64,000 nt of DNA, from NCBI GenBank assembly GCA_963716725.1, contig CAVQUB010000032.1, positions 96,001 to 160,000 on the forward strand, written 5' to 3'. Position 1 is the first letter of the stretch, and the number at the start of each line of letters is the position of its first letter. The position numbers and the translations under genes are program-made. Shown piece by piece: positions 19,935 to 31,113 of this stretch. The notes under the pieces were generated by a model. That model was not told where the DNA came from, did not search any database, and saw nothing but the letters and a program-made list of their open reading frames with translations. Source of the stretch: an uncultured delta proteobacterium (GTDB taxonomy: Bacteria > Myxococcota_A > Polyangia > Polyangiales > Polyangiaceae).

Positions 19935-21339
19935 ATGCCTCGGAGGCAGGTCCAGGTGAAGTCGCATTGGTTGGGATTTGCGTTGTTCATGACCACGGTC
20001 ATCGGGTGCTCGTCCTCCGAAGACGCCGGTGAGCCGACCGTCAAACGCCCCGACGATGCGATCGCCGTGGCCGCCCGCGAAGCCTGCGAGTTCAAGGCGG
20101 GCGCACTGCCCCAAGACACGCTGGGCAAGAGCGAGCCTATCAGCAGACAGATCCCGGTCGATCACATCTTCGTCTTGATGATGGAGAACCGATCCTTCGA
20201 TCACTACTTCTCCAAGCTGCCCGAATACGGCGTCACCGATGTGAACGTGGCGGACGCGAGCTTTTCCAACGTCGACGACACGGGCCAAAAGGTGAGCTGG
20301 TTCCACGAGACGGAGTACTGCGTCGAGGATCCATCTCACGGCTGGAAGGGCAGTCACCGCCAATGGAACGGCGGGAAGAACGACGGCTTCGTTCTCGACA
20401 ACGAGCCCAACGGCCGGCGCGCCATGGGGTATTTCAACGCCGACGACCTGCCCTTCTACTACGCGCTCGCCAAAGAGTTCGCGATCGGGGACCAGTACTT
20501 CTGCTCCCTGCTCGGGCCGACTTGGCCGAATCGCATGTATTTGTACAGCGCGTCGAGCCACGGTCTGACCAAGAACACCCTGCCGACCAACCTCAGCTCC
20601 GCCAACGTCTTTGCGGCGCTGAGCGCCAAGAAGATCGAGTGGAAGGTGTATCGGAGCAACCTGCCCCCGGCAGCGATGTTCCTCGAGACCTGGCTCGAGA
20701 GCACCAAGGGCTGCGGCGCACCCGAAGAGGGTCCCTGTCGCCTTGCCGAAATCGACCAGCTCGAGGCCGACCTCGCCAGCGGTCAGCTGCCCCCCGTGGT
20801 GTTCATCGATCCCGAATTCTCGACGGGGATCAAAGAGACGAGCGAGCATCCTCCGGCCAATCCCCACCACGGCCAGCGCTTCACCTGGAGAGTCGTCGAC
20901 GCGCTGATGAAGAGCCCGCTCTGGAAGCGAAGCGCGCTGCTTCATCACCTATGATGAGCACGGTGGATTCGCGGACCACGTGCCGCCGCCGCCGGCCTGT
21001 CATCCGGGCGACGCCGAGCCCGAAGAGGCCAGCGACGGGACCTTCGACCGACTCGGTTTCCGCGTGCCGCTGATGGTCGTCTCGCCCTTCGCAAAGAAGG
21101 GCTACGTGTCGCATTTGGTCCGGGACCACACGGCGATCCTGCGCTTCATCCAGGCTCGCCATGGCATCGGAGCCTTCACCGCGCGCGATGCAAACTCCGA
21201 CGCGCTCATGGACCTCTTCGACTTCGAGGCCGCACCGCACGCGGTCCCTCCGACCTTCGCGGAGCCAGCCGTCGACCCGGGCAAGCTCAGCGGTGCCAGG
21301 CCGCGTTTCCCGGCGGCAAGTAGGCTCGTCGCGAGCTAG
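19935..21339 (+). pseudogene. Phosphoesterase/phospholipase C family lipoprotein split by one frameshift near 20940
   Basis: MMENRSFDHYF, GPTWPNR, SEHPP in 19935..20954; conserved FITYDEHGGFADHVPPP and LGFRVP.MVVSPFAK continue in another frame from 20941. Could be a sequencing indel. Confidence 0.85.
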
Positions 21340-21927
21340 GTTTCGATTCGATGGGTTGGCACGCTGCTCGGCGGCATCGGGCTCTTCTTGCTGGGCATGT
21401 TGATGCTCACCGACGGCCTGCAGGCGCTGGCCGGCGATCGACTTCGGTCTGCGCTGCGCCGCTACACGCGCACCCGGCCATCCGCCATTTTGACCGGAGC
21501 CGCCGTGACGGCCGTCGTGCAATCGTCGAGCGCGACGACCCTCGCCGTCATCGGGTTCGTCGGAGCCGGACTCTTGAGCTTTCGTCAAGCCTTGGGCGTC
21601 GAGGTGCGCGCGTTTCTCGAACTCTTGGGCGACGGACTTACCCCGCATCGCTCGGTTGCGCCGGGGCTCGAAGACGTCTCCCTGCGAGTCGCCGCACTCC
21701 GGCGCGAAGCGCGAGGAGAACTCTTGAGCCGCACCGCGGACGGCGAGATCGATCCCGCCGCGGCAGAGAACCTGCTCGAGGCCTTCCGCTGGCTCGACCG
21801 GATCGCGTATCACTTCTGGCGCACGGCCCATCACCTCGACGTGATGGATCACGACATGCCCTCCGTCGAGCCGCCTGCCCCCGAATCCCGGGGGCGGCGG
21901 GCCGACGAAACTCACGATATGTCTTGA
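21340..21927 (+). pseudogene. Na/Pi cotransporter family remnant with large internal deletion
   Basis: LLGGIGLFLLGM..LTDGL..LAG and VTAVVQSSSATT..VIGFVGAGLL.F.QALGV (family N-terminus) joined directly to a C-terminal-like RWLDRIAYH.WR segment; under 200 codons. Confidence 0.8.
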
Positions 21928-21949
21928 AGCCGAGTGCCTCGCCGGCCGT

Positions 21950-23023
<1,074 letters not shown>

Positions 23024-23174
23024 GCGCGCCACCCTAGGAAAAGTCGGGCAGAGATACGAGCAGATTGGAAAATTCCGCGAATGCCCCGAGCAATCGTCAT
23101 GGCCCCACGGGCCGAGCCCCACCGGGGGACCAGATTCGATTGCTCGGGCGGCGACCTTGCCGGACAATTACCGA

Positions 23175-24461
23175 ATGCGAGTCAGGGCCCTGGGGTTCGG
23201 GTTGTGTCTGTCCGCTTTGGTCTACTCGGTCGCCTGCGGCAGCGATTCCGGCGGTGAAGCCGGACTGGGTTCCGGTGGGAACGTCGCCACCGGCGGCAAG
23301 GGCGGCGCGGCCGGTGGCGGCAGCGGAGGCCTGGGGCTTGGCGGCGCTTCAGGAGGCGGCGGCGCGGCGGGGGCAGGGGCGAGCGCAGGTGGTGGTGCCA
23401 GCGGCGCGGGCGGCGTCGGCGACGCCGGGTTGCCAGACGTTTCGTTCACCTACGACGCGGGCGGCACGACCGACGGCGGCGTCGGCGACGCCTGCGCCGC
23501 GGTGACCGCCAAGGCGGAGCCCAAGCCCCTCGACATGTACATCATGCTCGACAAGTCCGGCAGCATGGGTTCGGACTGCAACATCGGTTCTTCAACCGCT
23601 TCGAAGTGGTGCTACGCGGTGAACGCGCTGAGCGGCTTCTTCACCTCCACCTCCGCCCCGGGCATGGGCGTGGCCCTCCAGTACTTCCCCATCTCGGGTT
23701 ACTCGTGCACGGGCAACGGTGGCACCGAGGCCACGCCGGCCGTCGCGTTGGGACTCCTGCCGGGCAACCTGAACGCGCTCCAGAACTCGCTCAACGGGAC
23801 GGTGCCCGACGGCGGCAATACCCCCATCGAAGCCGGGCTACGCGGGCTCATCGACTACACGGCCAAGAACAAGAAACCGAACCGCGTGATGATCGCCATC
23901 CTGATCACCGACGGATCGCCCAATGCCTGCAATACCAGCGGCACCTACATGGCGGGGCTCGCCAGCGCGCACTTCGCCGCTAGCGGCGTCCGTACCTTCG
24001 TGATCGGAATGACCGGTGCGAGCTTCGCCACGCTCGAGCAAATTGCGGCGGGCGGCGGGACCACCACGCATCCGGACAACGTCGGCGGCGTCACTGACGC
24101 CTGTGGCAACGGCAACGGGCCCTGCTACCACTGGAACGTCGGCAACGGCAATCCGCAGGCTTTCGTCGCGGCGCTCCAGGCCATCCAACAGTCGGCGGTG
24201 GGCTGTCAGTACAACGTGCCCAAGAGTGACGCGGGCATCGTGGACCCCGACAAGATCGAGGTCCAGTACACCCCGGGCAGCGGCGCGGTGCAGAAGTTGC
24301 AGAAGGTCGCCAACGCCGGCGCGTGCGGCGCGGGTGACGGCTGGCACTACGACAACAACGCGAACCCGACGACCATCATCCTGTGTCCGGCCACCTGCAC
24401 CAAGGTGACCAACGATGCCAAGGCCAAGATCGACATCGTGCTCGGCTGTCTCGGCTCCTGA
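23175..24461 (+). CDS. vWA domain lipoprotein (myxobacterial type)
   Basis: ATG 23175, YSVAC lipobox-like, Gly linker, MIDAS LDKSGSM, NTP, LITDGSP, GWHYDN..P..I.LCP.TC. Confidence 0.9.
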   Translation: MRVRALGFGLCLSALVYSVACGSDSGGEAGLGSGGNVATGGKGGAAGGGSGGLGLGGASGGGGAAGAGASAGGGASGAGGVGDAGLPDVSFTYDAGGTTDGGVGDACAAVTAKAEPKPLDMYIMLDKSGSMGSDCNIGSSTASKWCYAVNALSGFFTSTSAPGMGVALQYFPISGYSCTGNGGTEATPAVALGLLPGNLNALQNSLNGTVPDGGNTPIEAGLRGLIDYTAKNKKPNRVMIAILITDGSPNACNTSGTYMAGLASAHFAASGVRTFVIGMTGASFATLEQIAAGGGTTTHPDNVGGVTDACGNGNGPCYHWNVGNGNPQAFVAALQAIQQSAVGCQYNVPKSDAGIVDPDKIEVQYTPGSGAVQKLQKVANAGACGAGDGWHYDNNANPTTIILCPATCTKVTNDAKAKIDIVLGCLGS

Positions 24462-24499
24462 GTCGCGCGGTATGATTGCCCGGCACTGCGCCGACGTGA

Positions 24500-25939
24500 T
24501 CACTCGCAGCGGCGGAAAGGCAGCCCGTCGACGCTTGGACCGCCAGCCGCGACGCAGCTCGAACCCGTTGGACAGAGACCGTCTTTGGTGCAGTCCCGAG
24601 AGCACTTTTTCGCGCTGCGGTTGCAGTAGCCGAAGAAGCAATCTGCCTCCTTGGTGCACGCCGCGCCGACGGCGCCCGGGCCGAGCGCGGGCAAACACAA
24701 GCCGATGCGACCCGAGCCCACCGAGCCCAGCGCGGTGCACATGCTGCCCAGCGGACAGCCGCTCGGGTATCGACACGAGTCGACGCACGCGTCTCCGGCG
24801 AGCCCATCCGTAGTCACCGGGGACGAGCAGTTGACGGCCGGCGGGTTGGGGATGGTGAACGCCGCGAAATCGATGTGCTGGCCGTCGCCGCAGACGTTGA
24901 CGACCTGGCTCGCACCATTGCAGGCCCACTGAGCCGGCGCCGTGCCGCCCTCGAGCGGACCGTAGATCGCGGTCGCGCCGCTGCTTGGCCTCCGGCACAG
25001 GCCATCGCAGGTCCAAGGCGACATGCCTGCAGCGCGCTGCGGACAGTCGGACGCGGAGCTACACGCCAGCGTGCAGCCGGCGACGACCAAGGACGGCGAA
25101 GTGTCGCACGCCGCCGGCACGATGCAGGCCGCGGTGTTGCTCGAATCACAGGCCTCTGCGGCCTTCACGCAGACCTTCTGTCCCGACACCGGCATGCACC
25201 CCCAGCCGTTCGGACAGTCGCTCCCGTTGGCGCACGGCGACGTGCAGTATTTGACCGACGTCACGCAGGCGTACTGGCACTCCGCAGCGACGCTGCACGC
25301 TCTCCCGATGTCGCTCAGCATGCAGTACTGCTCGTTGCCGCTCGCCTCGCAGCGCGTGCTGCTCGGGCAGCCTGCGCTGGTTCCGACCGCGCTGCAGGCG
25401 CGGGCGCAGCGCTTGGCGAGGCCCTTGCCAAAGGCACGACACAAGAGCGCGCCGCACTCAGCGTCGCTCGAGCAGAGATCCAGCTCGAGTTTGTTGGCGG
25501 GCGAGCCGCCGCCGCCGGGCGAGCCGCCGCCGCCGGGCGAGCCGCCGCCGCCGGGCGAGCCGCCGCCGCTGGGCACGCCGCCGCCGCTGGGCACGCCGCC
25601 GCCGCTGGGCACGCCGCCGCCGCTGGGCGCACCGCCGCTGCCCCCGCTCGGGCTCGCGCCAGTGCCCGCTGAACCATCCGGATCCGCGCCGCCGGTGCCC
25701 GCGCCGCCATCGCTCGGCGGGTCGCAGCGGCCGATCGCAGAGTTGCACACGAAGCCGAAGCTACAGTCGGTATCCAGCTTGCATTCGGACACGCACTCTC
25801 CGGAGACGCATTGCGCGTACTCACAGTCGCTGTTGCGTTCACACTCGGCGGAGGCGCACGAGCCGACGACCGCGCTCGGGCCCATTGCCATCAGTCCGAG
25901 CAACAAGCCTCGCGCCAATCGCCACATCGGGTCGAGCAT
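24500..25939 (-). CDS. Secreted Cys-rich repeat protein
   Basis: Signal peptide; many C..D.DC/C..DCP units; 18-bp GGG(V/S)P(S/G) coding repeats at about 25500-25625. Confidence 0.8.
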   Translation of the reverse strand: MLDPMWRLARGLLLGLMAMGPSAVVGSCASAECERNSDCEYAQCVSGECVSECKLDTDCSFGFVCNSAIGRCDPPSDGGAGTGGADPDGSAGTGASPSGGSGGAPSGGGVPSGGGVPSGGGVPSGGGSPGGGGSPGGGGSPGGGGSPANKLELDLCSSDAECGALLCRAFGKGLAKRCARACSAVGTSAGCPSSTRCEASGNEQYCMLSDIGRACSVAAECQYACVTSVKYCTSPCANGSDCPNGWGCMPVSGQKVCVKAAEACDSSNTAACIVPAACDTSPSLVVAGCTLACSSASDCPQRAAGMSPWTCDGLCRRPSSGATAIYGPLEGGTAPAQWACNGASQVVNVCGDGQHIDFAAFTIPNPPAVNCSSPVTTDGLAGDACVDSCRYPSGCPLGSMCTALGSVGSGRIGLCLPALGPGAVGAACTKEADCFFGYCNRSAKKCSRDCTKDGLCPTGSSCVAAGGPSVDGLPFRRCE

Positions 25940-26043
25940 AGCAGCGCCGCGACCCGGCGTGCGCTTCGGCGGAGGCGGGTGTCGATTCTTCGCTCCGACC
26001 GGTCAGTGAGAGGCGGCAGCGCGATGTCGGTTACACTGCCGGA

Positions 26044-26565
26044 GTGAGCTATCGCGAACCACAGGAGGCGCTGCGAGCAGAGCTCGCCCTGGCCCGGGAA
26101 GAGCAGGCGACGACGCGCCGCGAACGCTCCGCGATCGACCAGAAGCTCGCTCGGGCCGAGAAAGCTCTGGCGGCCTATCGCAAGACCACGGGAACGCCAG
26201 TCACCGATGGCGCCCGCGGCGCCCGCATCCTGGTCGGCATTGGTGTGGCGCTATGGGGCAGCGCGATTGTGGCTGCTATCCAGGACAACCACGACCTCGC
26301 CCGAGTACTGGCCGTGGCTTTCACGGCCTTCGCCCTCTTCGCTCCGCTCGGCGTCTGGGCGGCCGTGCAGCGATTGGGCACTGGGATCGTGTTCGTTTGC
26401 GCGAAGATCATTTTGCCTCTGGGCGTTGCCAACCTCGTGACGTTCAAGCGCGCCGCGAGGTCCCACGACATCGATTCGCTTTTCTGGTGGGGACCGGTCG
26501 TGCTGCTGTGCGTACTTCTGTTCGAGAGCGTCCGGCTGGTTCGGCCCCCGGAGCGCCGACCCTAG
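26044..26565 (+). CDS. Hypothetical membrane protein with N-terminal coiled coil
   Basis: 173 aa ORF with about 4 hydrophobic segments. Confidence 0.65.
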   Translation: MSYREPQEALRAELALAREEQATTRRERSAIDQKLARAEKALAAYRKTTGTPVTDGARGARILVGIGVALWGSAIVAAIQDNHDLARVLAVAFTAFALFAPLGVWAAVQRLGTGIVFVCAKIILPLGVANLVTFKRAARSHDIDSLFWWGPVVLLCVLLFESVRLVRPPERRP

Positions 26566-26630
26566 CCCCGCAATGGGATTCTGAGCCCAGGCCCTCGGCG
26601 CCGGGGCCCCGGCAGGCTACGCTCCGGCGA

Positions 26631-27698
26631 ATGGTGTCGCTCTGCCGCCGAGTCTTCGCCGTTGCCGCGCTCTCCGCTTGGCCTGCGAACGCAGCCTGGG
26701 TGGTCGACGTGCCGCTGACGAGCGGCGCCGGCGCTGCGGATGCGTTCGTGAAGAGCCATGGAGGAAAGCTCCAAGGCGGTACGTTTTCCGGCCAGGGTTG
26801 GACGACGACGAGCCGCAGCGACTCGATGGAGATCCCGCTCCCCGCCGGCATCGACGCGCGACGCGGCAAGCTCACAGTAACCTTTGCCAACCCCGAGCTC
26901 TCCGGGCCAAAGGGGTTCTTCGAGAGCTGGGTGCTCGTGTCCGTCGACACTTCCGGCGTGCCGTTCGCGCCCATCCAAGCAGGTCAGGCGGGGGTGCAGG
27001 TCCTGTACCTTGCGTACAACGAATTCGACGAAACACTCGCGCAAGCGCGCGCCTACTTCAACCTGTACGATCCGAGTTGTACGGATTGGAAACTCTGCAC
27101 CGCTGAAGGCGCTTCCAAGAAGGGTTGGCTCGCCGGAGCTGGCGAGTTCACGAGCGATCAGACTTGGGATGGCCCCAAGGACGCGCTGTCGTTCACGCCG
27201 GGCGGAGGTGCCAAGCAGATCGACCTCAGCGCGACTTCTCCCTCCGGGGCCATCAGCGGGAAGAACCTTGTGCTTTCCATCAACGCCTGCGGTGGTTCGA
27301 AGTCGAATGCTTGTGGGCTTTGGGACGGTGCGACGCACGGGGGGCCGCTGGGCATCACGTATTCGATGGTGAGACTCGAGTTGAGCGACGCGCCGGGCGG
27401 AGTCGACGCCGGCGCAGAGGGAGGGGTGGATGCGGCCAGTGAAGCGGCCGCGGGAGGGAGCGCCGGCGCCGGCGGTTCTCGGTCAACGGCCGGTGCAGCC
27501 GGAACCGCGGCGGCCGGCGGCACCGGTGGGGGCAGCCCTTCAGTCGGAGGCGCCGGCACGGTGGCGGGGGGCGACGCGGACGCTGGATGCGGGTGCCGTA
27601 TCGGGCGCCGGCAGCTGGGTTTTGGCCTCTTCGTGGCTGCCTTGGCGTTCTTCATTCGGCGTCGGCGCGGCCCCCTGAACCCCTGGTCCGCTGTCTAG
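26631..27698 (+). CDS. Secreted protein with MYXO-CTERM-like sorting tail
   Basis: ATG 26631 signal peptide (ANA|A); Gly linker; GCGCRIG + hydrophobic helix + RRRR at the C-terminus. Confidence 0.75.
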   Translation: MVSLCRRVFAVAALSAWPANAAWVVDVPLTSGAGAADAFVKSHGGKLQGGTFSGQGWTTTSRSDSMEIPLPAGIDARRGKLTVTFANPELSGPKGFFESWVLVSVDTSGVPFAPIQAGQAGVQVLYLAYNEFDETLAQARAYFNLYDPSCTDWKLCTAEGASKKGWLAGAGEFTSDQTWDGPKDALSFTPGGGAKQIDLSATSPSGAISGKNLVLSINACGGSKSNACGLWDGATHGGPLGITYSMVRLELSDAPGGVDAGAEGGVDAASEAAAGGSAGAGGSRSTAGAAGTAAAGGTGGGSPSVGGAGTVAGGDADAGCGCRIGRRQLGFGLFVAALAFFIRRRRGPLNPWSAV

Positions 27699-27764
27699 GA
27701 CGCACACCGGCTTGCTAGACAGGACGGAAATCCCAGAGGTTCATGCTAGAGCGGGGCAACCGAC

Positions 27765-29066
27765 ATGAAGTTGCGTTTCGTCTATCCCAAGTTTGCCCGC
27801 CACGCCGATCACAACCCGGAGCTGCGCGAGCACGTCCCGTGCAACGAATACTTCGGACCTCCGTCACTCGGGATCGCTTGTCTCGCTGCCGTCACGCCGG
27901 CCGAGTGGCAAGTGGAGTTCCGAGACGAACGCGTCGAGGACGTCGGTCTCGACGACTGCGCCGACATCGATCTCATCGCGATCTCGTTCTTCACGCCGGC
28001 GGCCACTCGCGCGATCGAGCTGGCTGACGAGTTCCGCAAGCGCGGCAAGAAGGTCGTCGTCGGCGGAATCTTCCCGACGATGATGCCTGAGGTGGTGGCG
28101 CCCCACGCCGACTCGGTCGTGATGCACGAAGGTGAAGGCGTCTGGCCTCAGGTGTTGGCCGATGTCAAGGCTGGCAAGCTGCAGAAGCGCTACCACGGGC
28201 TGCCGGGCGTCGACCCCGCGACCTTGCCCATGCCTCGAGTCGATCTCTACCTCGACAAAGAGAACGACGAATACAAGCCTGACGACTACCCGCTGCAGAT
28301 CGCTCGTGGCTGCCCGCTCAACTGCTTCGCCTGTGTGCTCCCGACCAGCATGGGCAAAAAGATGCGCCATTTCGGCACCGAGCACGCTCTGGGGCAGATC
28401 GACCAGCTGGCGAAGCGCGGCAAGCTCGCCTCACTGACCGAGGACACCAGCCTGTTCTTCGGATCGGGTGCCTCCCGACGCTTCGGGGCCTTGCTCGACG
28501 CCATCGCCGAGCGCGAGGGGCCGGCGCCCTTCAGCTACCTCGGCACCAGCATGCCGATGGTGCGCGTCACCTCGAGTGAGTTCCTCACGCGCATGCGCAC
28601 CGCCGGCATCAACATGTTCTACCTGGTCGGAGGCTTCGACCCCTTCACCATGAAGGCCTTCACCGGCAAGGAGCCGGACGCGCTCCAGAAGGCCCACGAC
28701 GCCGTCCAGAAGTGCTTCGACCACGGCATCGAGCCCTACACCTCGTTCTTGGTCGGTAACGACGATGACGACGAGGGAACCATGGACCGCATGCTCGAGT
28801 TCGCCAACAAGGCGAAGATCCGCAAGGCCGAGTTCGCGGTCATGACGCCCTATCCCGGGACCCGCGTGTGGCACCGGCTGGTCGAAGAGGGGCGGATACT
28901 GCACCGCCGCTGGGACCGCTACAACGACGCCAACGTGGTGTTCCAGCCCAAGCACATGAGCCCCGAGCGGCTGCACGAGGGCTACATCTACCTCTGGAAA
29001 GAGTTCTACAAGTCGCGTCAGGAGCTGCGTGAGCTCGGACAGACCGAGCGAACCATTCAGTTCTGA
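27765..29066 (+). CDS. B12-binding domain radical SAM protein
   Basis: PSLGIACLAA.TP, VVVGGIFPT..P, RGCPLNCFAC (CX3CX2C), TPYPGT. Confidence 0.92.
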   Translation: MKLRFVYPKFARHADHNPELREHVPCNEYFGPPSLGIACLAAVTPAEWQVEFRDERVEDVGLDDCADIDLIAISFFTPAATRAIELADEFRKRGKKVVVGGIFPTMMPEVVAPHADSVVMHEGEGVWPQVLADVKAGKLQKRYHGLPGVDPATLPMPRVDLYLDKENDEYKPDDYPLQIARGCPLNCFACVLPTSMGKKMRHFGTEHALGQIDQLAKRGKLASLTEDTSLFFGSGASRRFGALLDAIAEREGPAPFSYLGTSMPMVRVTSSEFLTRMRTAGINMFYLVGGFDPFTMKAFTGKEPDALQKAHDAVQKCFDHGIEPYTSFLVGNDDDDEGTMDRMLEFANKAKIRKAEFAVMTPYPGTRVWHRLVEEGRILHRRWDRYNDANVVFQPKHMSPERLHEGYIYLWKEFYKSRQELRELGQTERTIQF

Positions 29067-29089
29067 GCTGACCCCGCGCTCCGCCCCTC

Positions 29090-29665
29090 ATGGCCACGAC
29101 CCTCGAGGATCTTCTTTCGATGTCGAACGCCGAGCGCTTCGAGATCGTGCGACGCGCGGCGCCCTTGGATCTCGAAGCAATCGCCGACACGACCTACACC
29201 GGCGTCGATCTCTCGATGCCGGCGCTCTTCCAGCGCCTGTTTTGGCGCTCGTTCCGCAAGACCTTCCACCGCGACCCGGTGAGCGGCCGGCTCCGCGGGT
29301 GGAACGTCAAGGTCGAGCAGACCGGGTGGGATAGGCCGCCGGCGCCGAAGCGCGACCGTCGCGGCGTCGCCCTCAGCTTCGGGCACTACGAGGTTCGCTC
29401 CGCGTCGGGGCTGCGCTTCCCGCGTGGGTGGACTGGCGAGCACTACCTCGACTACCGGGTGGCGGGGAACCGCTTTGGCGACTTGCCCTCGCGCGCCGGC
29501 TACTGTCCGCTCGTCAGCGTGAACCCCAGCGACAGCGATTTGCTCTTGGGCTGGGAGGTCTTCAACTTTGGCGGCGTGCTGGTTCCGCTGAATGATTTCT
29601 GGGCGCTGAAGCGCGAAGGCCCGATCGCGCCCGGCGACATTCTCCCTCGACCGGACGGACGCTGA
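29090..29665 (+). CDS. Hypothetical protein, probably co-transcribed with the radical SAM gene
   Basis: 191 aa ATG ORF 23 bp downstream, protein-like composition. Confidence 0.7.
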   Translation: MATTLEDLLSMSNAERFEIVRRAAPLDLEAIADTTYTGVDLSMPALFQRLFWRSFRKTFHRDPVSGRLRGWNVKVEQTGWDRPPAPKRDRRGVALSFGHYEVRSASGLRFPRGWTGEHYLDYRVAGNRFGDLPSRAGYCPLVSVNPSDSDLLLGWEVFNFGGVLVPLNDFWALKREGPIAPGDILPRPDGR

Positions 29666-29722
29666 CTCGGCTGGCTGGCGATCGCGTTGACGCGTGTCGC
29701 GGCGGGTGAGAGCGTCGATGGC

Positions 29723-30769
29723 GTGAAGCGAGGGTGGTTCGTGGCGGCCTTTGCGCTGGTCGGGGTGGGAGGCTATCTCGTGGCGTGGCCCGTCCCCTTC
29801 GAGCCCGTGGCCTGGTCGCCAGCGCGGGCACCCAGCCTTCCGGCCAACGACGCGCTGGCGAAGGTAGAGCGAATCGGTGGCGATCTCCCGGGGCCGGAGA
29901 GCATCGCCATCGACGCCGAAGGGAGCATCTTCACCGGGCTCGGCGACGGACGCGTCGTCCAAGTTGCGCGAGATGGGACCGTCACGCTGATGGCCACGAC
30001 CGGGGGGCGGCCGCTCGGCATGCAGTTCGACCGAACGGGTCGCCTGATCGTCGCCGATGCCGTGAGGGGTCTCCTGGCGATTGCGAAGGATGGATCCATC
30101 AGCGTGCTCGCGACGGAGCAGGGCGGCGTTCCCTTCCGTTTCGTCGATGATCTCGAGATCGCCTCCGACGGCACGATCTATTTCAGCGACGCGAGCCATC
30201 GCTTCGGCGTGCACGACTTTCGCGACGACGCGCTCGAGCACCGTCCGAACGGTCGGCTGCTCGCGTACCACCCCGACGGACGCACCGAGTTGATCAGGGG
30301 CGAGCTCTTTTTCGCCAATGGCGTCGCGCTCTCCGCCGACGAGTCATTCGTGCTCGTCAACGAGACCTGGGCTTACCGCGTGACGCGGATCTGGCTCAGC
30401 GGAGAGCGGCGCGGGACGAGCGAGGTGTTCGCGGACAACCTGCCGGGTTTTCCGGACAACATCACGCGCTCACCGCGCGGAGATCGCTTCTGGTTGGCGC
30501 TCTTCGCGCCCCGAAACCCCCGGCTGGACTCCTTGGCCGACAAGCCCTTCTTGCGCAAGGTCGTGGCTCGGTTGCCGGCCGCGCTTCAACCCAAACCGGC
30601 CCGCCACGCCATCGTGCTCGCGCTCGACGAAAATGGCGCCATCGTCGAAAATCTGCAAGATCCGACCGCCACTTCGTACTCGCCGATCACCAGCGCGCTC
30701 GAACACGGAGGGCAGCTGTACTTGGGCAGTCTTTGGCGCAGAGAAATTGCGGTTCTACCGGCGCCTTGA
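29723..30769 (+). CDS. Strictosidine synthase / SMP-30 family protein
   Basis: GPESIA, TGGRPLG, F.DDL.IASDGTIYFSDAS, FANGVALS, NLPGFPDNI. Start uncertain (29687 or 29723). Confidence 0.92.
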   Translation: MKRGWFVAAFALVGVGGYLVAWPVPFEPVAWSPARAPSLPANDALAKVERIGGDLPGPESIAIDAEGSIFTGLGDGRVVQVARDGTVTLMATTGGRPLGMQFDRTGRLIVADAVRGLLAIAKDGSISVLATEQGGVPFRFVDDLEIASDGTIYFSDASHRFGVHDFRDDALEHRPNGRLLAYHPDGRTELIRGELFFANGVALSADESFVLVNETWAYRVTRIWLSGERRGTSEVFADNLPGFPDNITRSPRGDRFWLALFAPRNPRLDSLADKPFLRKVVARLPAALQPKPARHAIVLALDENGAIVENLQDPTATSYSPITSALEHGGQLYLGSLWRREIAVLPAP

Positions 30770-30799
30770 TCGGATTTCTGTCCCCGCGACCTACCAGCG

Positions 30800-30920
30800 C
30801 TGACAGGACGCTCGAGCAGTTGAGGGAGCGTCCCCAGGGCATCACGCTGGAGCTGCCGATTCGGCACCGCAAATACAGTGAAGCCTTCTTGGATCATGGG
30901 CACGCTCCGGTGCCGCTCGG
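30800..30920 (+). pseudogene. Possible short remnant of a molybdopterin oxidoreductase
   Basis: TLEQLRERPQGITLELPIRHRKY|SEAFLDHGHAPVP resembles, from memory, two nearby segments of that family joined by a deletion. Confidence 0.35.
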
Positions 30921-31113
30921 AGACACGCCGCCTGACTCCAGCTCGGGCTCCGACGCGCTGAAGCGGGTCCCTTGCGACGCCAAACCGCTCCGCTGACGCG
31001 GGCCCGCTCGATCGACATCCTAGGGCTTGAGTGGCGTCGTTGCAGGCGCTATCGAGCGCCATTTGGCTTGCGACCCGGTGCTCGCGAAGATCAGCGCTTG
31101 AAGATCGCGGAGA

